Positions 28,001-41,439 of a stretch of DNA of 64,000 nucleotides are shown one piece after another. Where the stretch lies: positions 87,978,001 to 88,042,000 of the forward strand of contig OX597817.1 in NCBI GenBank assembly GCA_951406725.2, written 5' to 3'. Numbering within the stretch: position 1 is the stretch's first letter; every line of letters starts with the position of its first letter. Origin of the DNA: Octopus vulgaris. Taxonomy: Eukaryota. The position numbers and the translations under genes are program-made. The notes below the pieces were generated by a model. The model did not search any database. It was not told the DNA's origin and was given only the letters and a program-made list of their open reading frames with translations.

Positions 28001-31000
28001 GATGGAGGGAGAGGTGGGAAGGAAGAAAGGAAAGAAATATGAAAGATGAAAAGCAAAGAAATATGTGAGATGATGACGATGATGTCAATTCTAAAAATTT
28101 CTCGCTTTGGCAAAAAAACAGCAATTTTGTTAAGTTGGTGACTTAGATCTACAGAATCAGCTACAACTGGGATTGAACTCAGAATGTAAAGAAACAATAC
28201 TGAATATTGAAAGATAGTTAGCCAAGCATGCTACTATGTCTGTGTTTCAACTTTAACTCTATAGCAATGATTATGGTAGCAAAATTGATTATTAAAATAT
28301 AAGGGATTATGATCGATATGTAACAGTGGCTAACAGAATTGGTAGAACTTTAGACTGAATATCTTCTGGTAATTGCTTATATCCTTTTAAATTCTGAATC
28401 AGAGCTCTTCTTTGCAAGGTTGACAAAATGAAATTCCTATCATTTTGTCGATGGAAGTGCATGGCTTAGTGGTTAGGGTATTGTAATCATGACAGTAAGA
28501 TTGTGATTTCGATTCATGGACCATGCAATGTGTTGTGTTCTTGAGCAAAATACTTTATTTCATGTTGCTCCAGTTCACTCAGCTGGCAAAAATTAGTAAT
28601 TCTGTGATAAATTGGTGTCCCATTCAGGAGGATGTTGTGGTCTCAGTCACTTAAATGCTAAGGCAACTGGGTAACCAGTAACCCCAAATCTATATGACTC
28701 AAGAAGGACTTTATCCTTTTTTTTTATCCTTTATTTGTAGGGCTGATATAATCAACTGTATCCTTGAATTAATATAATTGACTCTACCCTAGAAGACAGT
28801 GCCCAATGATTGAAACATCATCCTCTAACATCCATTTTCCATGCTGGCATGAGCTGGGTAGCTTGAACACAGCTGGCAAGCAGGAGAGCTGCACCAGGTT
28901 CCAGTCTGATGTGGCTTGGTTTCAATGGTTGGATGCCCTTCCTAATGCCAATCGCTTTACAGAGTGTGCTGGGTGCATTTTACATGGCACCAGCAAACTT
29001 ATAAAAGAATAAAAGAAAAGTTTCTCTCAATTATTCCATTTCATTCTGACTTACCTGCCCAAGAATATCAAGACAAGAAGCAAAAAACTGTCGGGTTGGT
29101 GGGTAAAAATTGGTTTCATTAGTAACCATATTAGCAAGGTAATAAAAGATGGCGCAACCAATGCTTTGTAGATGCTCAATCTTGTCTACATCTGTCCGTG
29201 CTCGGGTCAACTTAATCAGTGTACTGAAAATAGAAAAAATATAATGTTGAGCAACACTGTAGCAATATGAATATACTGGCATAACACTATAACAATATAA
29301 ATATACAGAAGTATATATAACAATATAAATATACAGAAGTATGTATAACATCATATAGTAATATATTTACAGCAGTAATATATTTACTGCAGTAATATAT
29401 TTACTGCAGTATAACAAAATAGCAATATATTTATATAACACTATAGGAATCTAAATATAGCAGTATAATATAGCAAATAGCAGGTACAACTTCTAAGTCA
29501 TAATGTGGAAACAATTAATTAAGTCTAGTCTAGTAGTGGTCAGCCCTTGGACAGGTCCTGTGCATGTGAATCATCTCCAGCACTCTCTATATAACCTGGG
29601 AGGGCCTGTATGCTTCCCTGCCACCATTAAGTAGATTACTGGGATTTTGGTTACCCTAACTGGACTTGGGATGAACACTGGAGTGGTTTCCTATTGGCTT
29701 CTCCAAGTGGGTGGGATCGAACTCAGAATGTAGAGAGCCAGAAGATGAACCATAAAGCATTTCTGCCAACGTGCCAACAATTCTGCCACTCTCCCACTTG
29801 AAAAGCAATGTGAAGTGAGGGGTTTTGCTCAAGAACACAACACACTGCCCTGTCTGCAAATTGAACCCATGATCTAACAATCATGAGTGCAACCCCTAAC
29901 TATTAGAGCATGTGGCTTTAATTAAGTGTTTGAAGTTTTAACACTTTAGCATTTAAACCAGCTATATCTGACCTAAATATTCTGCCTGTTTTATGTCCAA
30001 AGTGGCCAAATCTTACCTCTCACGTTTTTCCTACAATGTCATTGAAAAAATATATTATCATATCATTGAAATCTTGAGATAATACATGATTAATTCAAAA
30101 CAATGTGAAACATAACATCTGACATAGTAACTTGACTACTAAAGGGTTAACAGTGTTCTGATTCCTTACCTCTACTGACAGCCCACCTACTACTCTCACC
30201 ACTACCACCATTACCAGAAATTTCTTTATTGAACCATGGCTTTATTTCAACACACTTATCTGACTTATGTAAGTACAGAAAAGGGAACATTACAAAAACA
30301 AGTAACCTCTAAGTACTATCATCATGATGACACCCTTTTATTTTTGTGGCTTGTACCTATAATACACCATATAGTTTAACATTATGCCTAATTTTCATCA
30401 GTTTTGTTTTAAATCACATTATCCAATGCATCCTTCCCTTTTATACAGAAAGATGTGATTTGAGAAAGACTTGGTTTCTATTTCTAGCAGACCAAATAAA
30501 TGTCCTACAATCTTGTTGATAATTATAATGTGAACTCATTTCAAGTCTCTGACAGATATAAAAGAAGGAAAATTATTCTGAATTGAAACCAAGATATTAG
30601 TACACTCAACAGCAATACCACTCAAGGTAATAAACCAGGTTGATACACCCTACTGCACTTATCACTATTTATGAAGTTTATAATTTACCAGGAAAAGTTT
30701 TTCTTTCAAATGTTTCGCTTTTGATTTATAAATGCTCTCCAAAACATTAAGACTTCAAAATTGTGTTTATATTTCCATTTTGGTTGTTATGGTTCAAATA
30801 TCATTCTTTGCATAAGTCATCAACTTACGTGATAATGTTTTCCACATGAACTGCAGCAACACAAACTTTTTGAGGAGGAGGAAGTAAACCTTCTTGTACT
30901 AAAACTTGTTGTTGGCCTTCTATATCATTAAGTTTCTGTTGTATATCGGCGTTTAGAGTTTTTTCACATACCTATAAGATGTGCAGAATGAAGAAAGATG

Positions 31001-32388
31001 ATAAATAACAATCACATTTTTAACATCTATCATATAAAGAAGTTGCAGTTTTAATTAAAAGAAAAGAAATATATAAAAATTTACATTCTGGGTTCAGTCC
31101 CACTGCATGGCACCTGGGTCAAGTGTCTTCTGCTATAGTCTCACACTGACCAAAGCCTTACGAGTGGATTTGGTAGACAGAAACTGAAAAAAGCCCTCTC
31201 TCTCTCTCTCTGTATCTCTCTCTTTGTGTTTGTCCCCTACCACCACTTGCCAGCTGGTGTTGGTGTGTTTATACTCTTGTAACTTAGGAGTTTGGCAAAA
31301 GAGATCAATAGAATAAGTACCAGGCTCAAAAAAAAAAAATATTACTGGGTCAATTCTTCAAAGCTGTGTCCTAGCATGGCCGCAGTCTAATGACTGAAAC
31401 AAGTAAAAGATAAAAGATAAGAGATAGAGGAGAGATATAAATGTAGATTCTTTCTCCTGTGGTCAATTCAGATATTGACAGTTTGTCGCTCTTGGACTCT
31501 AAACCATTCTAAACTTAGCTGTATTAGGAATTTACAGTTCTCAGATAATTTCTTTTTCTATTTTGCAATTGGTGATCAATAGTAACATCAGCTACAGGTT
31601 TCCCATGAACCAAATACCAATTGCCTACATTTCTGAATCAAATTGACAAGGGAAGTGTCTTAAATGGTACAAAGGATTCCACTGAAAGTGCACCAGCTTT
31701 CACTGATGTCACTTTGCAAATATATCAGCTAAAGATATAAACATATGAACACACACGCATGCGTGTGCATATACACAGACTGGTGAATGCTTGCGTTTAC
31801 TTAAAAATAAAATGGATTTAATACACAAAGCTGAGTTTACATATTTTATGAGAGTTTGAAGTTTCTTGATATATTACTCTGAATTTTACATTGAGAATCA
31901 TATAAACATCATGACAATATGTAAACAAAAAACAAATTGTAAATACATAAAAATAAAATAAATTGTTGACATTTGATTGTTTACCAAATTACCACCAGAA
32001 ATTATATCATACATTCATCAATTCAACATGGAATATGTTATACTTATCTGGTCACATGCAAACATATTTTCATGTCTTCAGTATTACTGCCAAAAGTCAT
32101 CTCTACAGATTTTCTTTAAAAATTATAGCAAGCACTGATTCAGGCTATAATTTCTTTAGAAAATCTGTAGAGATGACCTTAACATGTGATTTAAGCGCAC
32201 TGCTAACACAGTAGTACATGGTATTGACTTTTTGCAGCATATCATGCTTGCATAATGAAATACCATATGCCTACAACTCATTAATAAGTCTTCAGTATTG
32301 TAGGTATAAAATACATTTAATACATGTCTTTAATATTTTATATACAAAACACATAAAAGCAAGGAAGGTAGCTATGGTTAATAGATCA

Positions 32389-32428
<40 letters not shown>

Positions 32429-35400
32429 GGGTTGGACAAAATAATGTAAACGTCTTAAAGTTTCAAACAAATTTAGCAGTAATTATAGCTTGAACTCTAC
32501 GAGGTATGGACTCATACAAAGTTTTAATTGCTTCCAAAGAAATTTTTGTTCATTCTTCAGCTAAAGCAGTCTCCAGTTCTTGTAGTGATGATGGTGGAGG
32601 ATATTGACTCCTTACTTGTTTTTCTAAAATGAACCATAAATGTTCAATAATATTGAGATCTGGGGACTGTGGTGGCCAGATAAGATGTTCAAATTTGCTA
32701 GAATGTTCCTCATGCCATTCAGTAACAATTTTAGCTGCGTGAATTGGTGCATTATTATCCTGAAAGATTGCGTTTCCCTCCAGAAACAGTTCCGCAAGCA
32801 TAGGATGAATTTGATCAGATAAAATGTTTAGTCTTGACTATTAATTCTGCCATGAAGGGAAACCACTGGGCCAGCAGATATCCAAGATATAGCCCCCCAG
32901 ATCATCACAGATCCTCCTCCATGTTTAACAGTTGGAAGAATGCAGTCTGAGTCAAATCCTTCTTTTGGCAGTCTCCACACTTATACTCGGTCAGTGGTCG
33001 GAAATAAGGTAAAGGATGACTCGTCTAAGAAAATAACATTCTTCCACTGCTCTAGGGACCAATTCTGTAGGTTTTTACTCCACTCTAAATGCTTTGCAAT
33101 GTTTGTTTTTGAAAGTAGTGGTTTTCTGATTGCAGCCCTCCTGTGAAATCCGGCTTTGTGCAGCTCCCAGTGAACAGTTTTTCTGGAAACTGGGTTCTCA
33201 AGGTGGTCATTAAGCTCTGCAGTAATTTGGGGAGCTGTACATTTGTGATCCTTTCTAACAATTCACGTAAGAATCTAACAGTCCTTATCTGAAAGTTTTG
33301 GTTTTCTTCCGGAGTTTTGTTTCAATGAGGAGGTTTTTCCCTCTTTCTCAAAGGTTATCATTACTTTTGAGACAGTACTTCTTGATACACCTAACATTTC
33401 AGCTGTTTTCATTATGCTAACACCAACAATTTGACCTCTTTGAAAGTCTGATAGATCTGTCATTTTAATGAATTCTAATTACCTTTTTCTGGTAATATCT
33501 GAAAAGAAACAGCAATTTTAGCAAAACATATTAAGCAACACTAATAATAAATCAAAAAACATAAAAATAAACAAGCTTTTGGTGGTTTTATAGATATTTC
33601 AAAATTATGATGCTATGTGTTTCCGGTATTTTGTCCAACCCCTGTAGCATGCCTATTAAAGTGCACAACATATAACATTTGAGTTAGAACTCCATATGTT
33701 CATTTCACTCCAAAACAGATGTGTAAGAACAAAATTTGTGTCATTCCACAGATAATTTAATGTGATATGTTTCACCACTATGTCTCACCACATTTTTTTA
33801 TCATCTAGTACATAACAAGAGAAATTACTATCAGAACTAATAGAGCATCAGATAAAATACCTTGCTGCATTTAGTTGCCAACCTTTACAATCTGAGTTCA
33901 AATCCTGCCTAAGCTCATAATAAACTTTGTCTTTCAATATTCCAGGGGTAAAAAATAAAGTATCAATCAAGTATAATCAATTGTTTAACCCCTCAAAAAT
34001 TGTAGCCTTCTCCCTCTGAAATTCATATATAGTGCTTGCTTCAACTAATTATACTCCTATGCAGAAGATTCATGCAATTTGAAGGAATACTATTTAACTA
34101 CTACTACAACTACTACTACTACTATTACTATTACAGTCAGTATGAGGCTCAATAATCGAGGTCGGTGAATCTGTGAAGAGAGAGAAAAAAAGAAAATCAT
34201 GTTGAATAGTGATAGAAGTTGAGCAGAATATGAGAGGATATAAACAATATGTCAACCATAAGAGAAAGTGCTGCAGAGTAACATGCATACAAAATGCACA
34301 ATGCAACAATGAATTATATCTAAATACTTACTCTTACAGATGTTGTGATTGAACCAGAACACTTGTGGGTAAAGTTGATAGTACTCCTGCATTCTAGTGT
34401 TACTGGGACCTATCAACAATTGAAAGATTTAATGTTAATGAATTTGATTTATACAACAGCAATAGTTCAGAAACAGACCAAATGTTTTTAACATTAAATA
34501 AAATAATATGCTTAAATAAAACAAATATGCCAATACCAACAACACCAGCACTTTAACAGGCATATTATAAATATGTGTGTGTGTGTGAGTGTGTGTGTGT
34601 GTGTGTTTGTTTTGATATTCAGTTATAATAAAAACAATAATTTTACATTAATGTGATGGGTTACTCTATACTTTTGTAGAGTATTAATTTTTACTCTTAC
34701 ACAAGAATATTGTTGACTGTAACTTTGAAGTTTCAGCCAATTTGTATACACATAAACATTAAATAGGTACATTATAAACACACACACTACCATCACCATC
34801 CTCCTCCTCATCATCATCATTTAGTGTCTATTGTCCATACTGGCATAGGTTGGATGGTTTGACCAGGACTAGCAAGCTAAGGGACTTCACCCTCCAGTCT
34901 GATTTGGCATAGTTTCTACAGCAGGATACTCTTCTTAATGCCAACCACTCCAAGAGTGTAACAGGTGCTTTTACATGCCACTGGCACAGATACCATTTGC
35001 GTGACAACAGTATCTGCCATGATTGCGATTTCATTTGGCTTGATGGGTCTTCTTCTCAAGCATGGCATATTGCAAAAAGTCTCAGTCATATGTCATTGCC
35101 TCCGTGAGGCCCAACATTCAAAAGGTGCTTTTTACATACCACTTGCACAGGTACAAGCTACACAACACTGGCATCAGACATTGCCTCTGTGAGGCTCAAC
35201 ACTCAATAGGTACTTTTTATGTGCTGCCAGATGCATCCATGAGGCCCAACGCATGATAGAGTTTATTAAGACAGATTTCCTATGGTCAAACGGCCTTCCT
35301 GTCACCAACTGTTGCTTGTTTCCAAACAAGGTAGTATTTGCCCATTTGCAGAATATTGGAAATTAATGATACTCATTTACAACAAGAATGTGATGTGAAG

Positions 35401-38400
35401 ACGAGGACAATGCAAACACACACACACACATTCATGCTCAAATATACATACATATGACAGGCTTCTTTCAGTTTCTGTCTACCAAATTCACTCACAAGAT
35501 TTTGGTTGGCCTAAGGCAATAGTGAAAGACACTTGCCTTAAGGCAACATACAGCTGGAGTGAATCTGACACCATTCTTATATGTATGAGAGGAGAAAGAG
35601 AGAGAGAGAGAGCATAATGAGTAACATACTAATATATTTGATATGATAGTGCTATAAGGTATTTCCAGTAGATTCTCTGTAAATGGCATATGGCTAAAAC
35701 AACCATCAAATTTTCATAAAATGAGTACAACAGCATGTTTAGTGTATTGAAGGAGAAGCTGAGCATAAGAGGAACTAGTTGCAGTATGCAAGTGAGAAGG
35801 CTGCACTTGTTTGGTTAAGTGATGTGTATGGATGTAAACAGTCACATAAAGGAGTGCCAATCACTTAAAATGGATGGAACTTGTGGAAGAGGGAAACCCT
35901 GGAAGACATAGGATGAAACATTGAAGGTCAATCTCAAGACACAGAGCCATATGAAAGAGATGACTAAGGACTGAGATATCTGGCGCATTATAGTACACAA
36001 GAAGACCTGTCCACCACAGCAGGATTAATATCAGTTCTGGCATCACATAAAAAAACACTTGTACCAGTTCCACGTTAAAGGCACTGGTGCTGGTGCCACA
36101 TAAAAAGCACTCAGCATACTCTGTGGAATGACTGGCATTAGGAAGGGCATTCAACTATAGAAACCATGCCAGAACAGACAATGGAGTCTGGTGCGGTCCC
36201 TGGCCTTAACAGCATGGAAAATGGATGTTAAATGATGAAGATGATGATGATAAGTAGAAAACGACAAAGATAAGTTATTAAAAGCAGTTGTTCTATATAC
36301 CTGATTCCATTCATTGCTGTAAAGTTGAGGAAGCAGATCAAGGTATTCTAAATCCATAGTTATATGTCTAGATACCTGCCTGGAGAAATTTCTGAAAATA
36401 ATGAAAGGAAAATATAATACATTAATAGGTAGATCCAAAGTGAAAAATTATTCATCAAATGATTTTACATTTGCCTGTCAGGATAATAATATTTCATTCG
36501 ACTACAAGAGTACACAGAGTGCATCATTTGATGACAGAAGCATGAGGATATTTCATCATTTATTGCTAACTAGAATGATAACTAGTTTAATAGAATATTG
36601 ATCTGATCTCAAAAACTGATAACAGAAAGAGGAAAGACTAACACACTTCATGTCTTACTAATTATAGATACAAGAGAATTGCTTTTATATAGATAGTGAG
36701 ATAGTGTTGTGTACATATGTGTGTGTGTGTGCATGCCTTTGAGAAAAAGTTAAAGGAGGTCATATTGACAAATGTCACTCGATACAATTAATAAAATATT
36801 TGAGGAATTAATTTACTGATATTATTACCTAGCATGGTTGCAGAGTACTTTCAAATCTGTATTTATAATATACATAAGGGTAGACTTCTCTTCAAGTGCA
36901 GTAACAGTCACTTCTGGTACAGGTGGTGATGGATCAGTTATAGGAGGGGGGCCTAGTGGAATGCTGTGTGTTTTTAACCGGTTCAGAATTCGAGTTGTGG
37001 CTAGAAAAGAAAATAGAAAGACAAGACACAAGAATAAAATCAAAAACAAACAAAAAAAATGACAAACCTTATTGACTTTATGATCACTTTATTTATTTTA
37101 TGATCACCTTAGTGATTTTATGATCACCTTATTTATTTTATAATCACCTTATTTATTTTATGATCACCTTAGTGATTTTATGATCACCTAATTGATTTAT
37201 GATCACCTTACTGATTTATGATCACCTTATTGATTAAATGGTTATATTGCTCTGTTGATGGAAAGATGTTTGTGGAGATGTATATCTGAGGACAAACTAT
37301 TGTCTCTTGCAGACTGCCAGTTAGACAGTAAGCTAGCATATATCTGGGTATGATTTTAAACTACATAAAGTAGTGGGGCCCTGGTTCAGTAGTTCCAGGA
37401 TTCTGAAGAGTATGGAACCACCTCTTAGCCATTACTGTTCCCAACCTATGGATTAATTAGCAAGTCAGTTGGGAAAGTGGAGCTTGATAGCCTGGAGTGG
37501 GGGGGGGACCCATCTACATAGTGGAAAGAAAATAGAGTTGTAAATGCCCACTGCCCTGCAGCTATACCTAGCCATGGGAAAGGCTCTGAGTATAAACCCT
37601 GAGGGGGGGGGGGGAATCAATAGTCAGAGTCCCTGAGGCAGTTTGACATTGTCTACAGCCTTGTTCTGGCAACTCCTGTGATGATACTGGTGCCAAACTG
37701 TAATGGCTATGCTATTCCTTTGGATTCATCAGTGATGTAGGGAAGGATGGGAGTAGGGGAAACATGCTGCATGGGCAACAACCTGTCCTTCATACCATAC
37801 TGAACAGGCTTGGATCCTTTCAAACAGACTATACCAGAGTGACAGAACCAGACTACACTACAACCCAAACAGTACCAGGACAACCCACAAGTGCAGCTTG
37901 TGTGGAAGCAACTGCCATTCATGCGTTGGACTGTTCAGCCACAGACAACACTATTCCATTAAGGCAGACAACTAGGATCCTTACCCATGGTTGTTAATGA
38001 CAGACAGAGGTCAAAGAATTTGTTATCAGCAGATATAAGACATCATCTGTCTATCACAGGTGATACTTTCAGAAAATTTCTTATAGCTATTCCTAAACAG
38101 AAACACTTAGATATAAATATTCCAAAATACCTGCAGTGAATATGATTTTACTATATAAAAGCTGAATACTTCTCTGCAATCCCAGAATTCAATGTCATTT
38201 GGGTCTCAGTGAAGACATCAACCTCATGAAATATTTAAGTCCATGTGACAGAACCTATCCTTCTACATCTTACTGGCAACCAATAACAAAAATTTTCTTT
38301 ACTTCTTGTAATTATTAACTGAAAATTTAGGAAATAAAAATCTAAATGAGGTGCTTCACCTAAGAAAATATAAATATACTAACCAGTACTGACTCTGAAG

Positions 38401-41400
38401 TTAGAATCAGTTTTACTTTTCTGCTTATATTGATGATGGTAACTCACAGTAATTTCTTCAGTCCACACAAGTGCCAACGTTACAGATTCATATGTAAGCA
38501 TATTCATATCAATTAACTCCATCCAAGGACTCTGCAAAACAAAAAAGTTTCCAAGTTAAAACATCTTAAGCTATCAATGAAATATTTCAAGTACAACTAT
38601 TCATGAAGTTTTACATATCAGATAATTACATAACTAGAAACAAGACATGTTAATGTAAAGCTCTATGATATTTACTGTATCTAAAGGCATAAAAGATGCT
38701 CAGGCACATTAGATGCACCCCTCATTTCAGCAGCGCATATTCAAATAAAAAATGTTTAGTGCATTAATGCATGTAATATGGGTCCCACTACACATATAGG
38801 GCTCAGGGTGACATTTTGAGACATTTTTTGTTAAAATAAAGTATCTTATAAGCCGCTACCTCCATGCTGCCGTCATCACTACTACCACCACCATCTTCAT
38901 CATCATCATCATTTAACATTTGTTTTCCATACTGGCATAGGTTTGGTGGTTTGACAATAACTGACCAGCTGAAGAGCTGCCCAGGCTCCCTGTCTGTTTT
39001 GGCATGGTTCCTAAGGCTGGATGCCCTTCCTAATGCCAACCACTTTACAGAGTGTACTGGGTGCTTTTACCCAGCCTGGCAACGATGCTTTTAAGTGGCA
39101 CTGGCACAAGTGCTTTTTACATGGCACCAGCAGCCACAAGCCCACAAGATTAGGATCTGTTGTTTAAGGCGGTGAGCTGGCAGAAACGTTAGCACGCCAG
39201 GCGAAATGCTTAGCGGTATTTCATCTGGCATTACGTTCTGAGTTCAAATTCCGCCAAGGTCGACTTTAAGTACCAGTTACGCACTGGGGTCAATATAATC
39301 GACTTAATCCATTTGTCTGTCCTTGTTTGTCCCCTCTGTGTTTAGCCCCTTGTGGGTAGTAAAGAAATAGGTATTTCATCTGCTGTTACGTTCAGAGTTC
39401 AAATTCCACCAAGGTCGACTTTGCTTTTCATCCTTTCGAGGTTGATAAATTAAGTACCAGTTAAGCACTGGGGTCAATGTAATCGACTTAATCCCTTTGT
39501 CTGTCCTTGTTTGTCTCCCCTGTGTTTAGCCCCTGGTGGGCAATAAGGGAATAAAATTAGGATCTGCTGTGGACTGATACAGTCAGTAATGTTAGTCAGT
39601 GAGGTACACTGTTGTCCCACAGAGACAACAAAATATGTTGTCTATAAAGTGGGACACAAAAGGAATGCTCAGCTGAATTGGGATGCAAGGAACATGCATG
39701 TCTGCAAGGACAATTTTACTTAGTTGGATGTATCTTCTCAAACACAGTAAACTGCCAGGAACCATGGTCCTTTGTCATCCTCTCTGTGACACCCAATGTT
39801 TGAAGATCCTTCCTCACCTCTTCATCTCACATCTTCTGGAGTCTACCCCTTCCATTTGTTCCCTCCACAATTAGAGATCAAGTATAGTATTTCAATAGTT
39901 TTAGTTTATATAAAACTGGTTTGGTTAAATTCTATGAGTAATCATTACTTGGAGTATATGAATAAAGATGGCTGATATAGTTTAAACCAGCAGGGAAACA
40001 TTAAGTAACTGAAACAGAATATTGGGCTACGTAGTTTAGACAGTGTACAAAATATTGTAGCTAAGATAGTGCATCATATGATACTGATGTTTCTAAATGG
40101 TATGGGTAAAGCAAATCTGATTGACGACTGTAAATAGGTATGACATATGAATGGCAAGAGGCTTGGATTTCAAAATCTTTGTAACATTTATAAATTGCAC
40201 CAAATACCTGATTTTCTAACCTGATGGAGTTTGAGAAAATATAGATATTTTTCAAATACAATTATTATTATATATTAGATATTTGATAAAAGAATGACAA
40301 GTTTTGCTTTAATCACAGTTTAAAACATTTCAGTTCATTTATGCTACAAATAAAATTAGGAAAACATCAAAAAATGATATTTTCCAATTTTGTCACCACG
40401 AAAAAAATAGGTCTTCAAGAGTAATCCAAATAAGCCAATAACAACAATTTAACTAAGTACAAATTTCTTTAATTTTTTACAAAACTATATTCAACATCTT
40501 GTCTATGGATCATAAGACAACACCAGCTGTGAGATATACACCCATAACTCAACATGATTTCTCTACCATCTGTAAGATATACACCCCAATCTGACTTATT
40601 TAGCCTTAATGAGCTGATTAACATTTAGTTTTATTACAATAACTAATAACCAGTAAGTCAAATAAAGAAACCTAAAAGACAACTGATTCATATCAGCAAT
40701 TCAATCCATATATATTTTATAGTAAGATTAATTAATAATATTCATTTTACATTCAATTAAATGTGAAACAGTTTAAAGCAATATTGACTGAACAAACAGA
40801 AAATGTCAGTAGCATAATATATATATATATATATTATGCTACTGACATATTCATATATAAAGTGTGTGTGTGTATACATGCAAGTATGCTCGCATGCAAA
40901 TTATTGCCTATACACAAATACATTATTATTAATTAATCTTAATTAAAAATAAGAAAATGTTTGTATGATATCAGAGAAATAAATAAACCCACCTTATCAC
41001 AGAAAAATATCTTCTGCAAGCGCTCAGAATCATATTGTGTTGGAAGTGCAGGGAGATATAAGGTAGCTTCATGAAGTCGAGGTTCATCCAGCCAAAATTG
41101 AAAACTCTCAAATAAGCTGAAAGGTGTAGGAGAAAATATTTTCAATTATTTGACACTTCTTGAAATAAGTTTTATTCTCTTCATACTTACACTTACATAC
41201 ACATACACATTTGATTTTAACATTTACAAACATAAACATACACAGATTCGCCAACACTACACCTGATTTTCTCCCCTTCATACACACAAGCATGTATCTG
41301 ACTCATACATTGTCCGCTTTCCAGACATTTGTACATTACTGCATACCCTTTATACACACTTTCTGACAAGTTGTGGTGCACCTGAGCACTGTATACAATA

Positions 41401-41403
41401 ATT

Positions 41404-41439
<36 letters not shown>

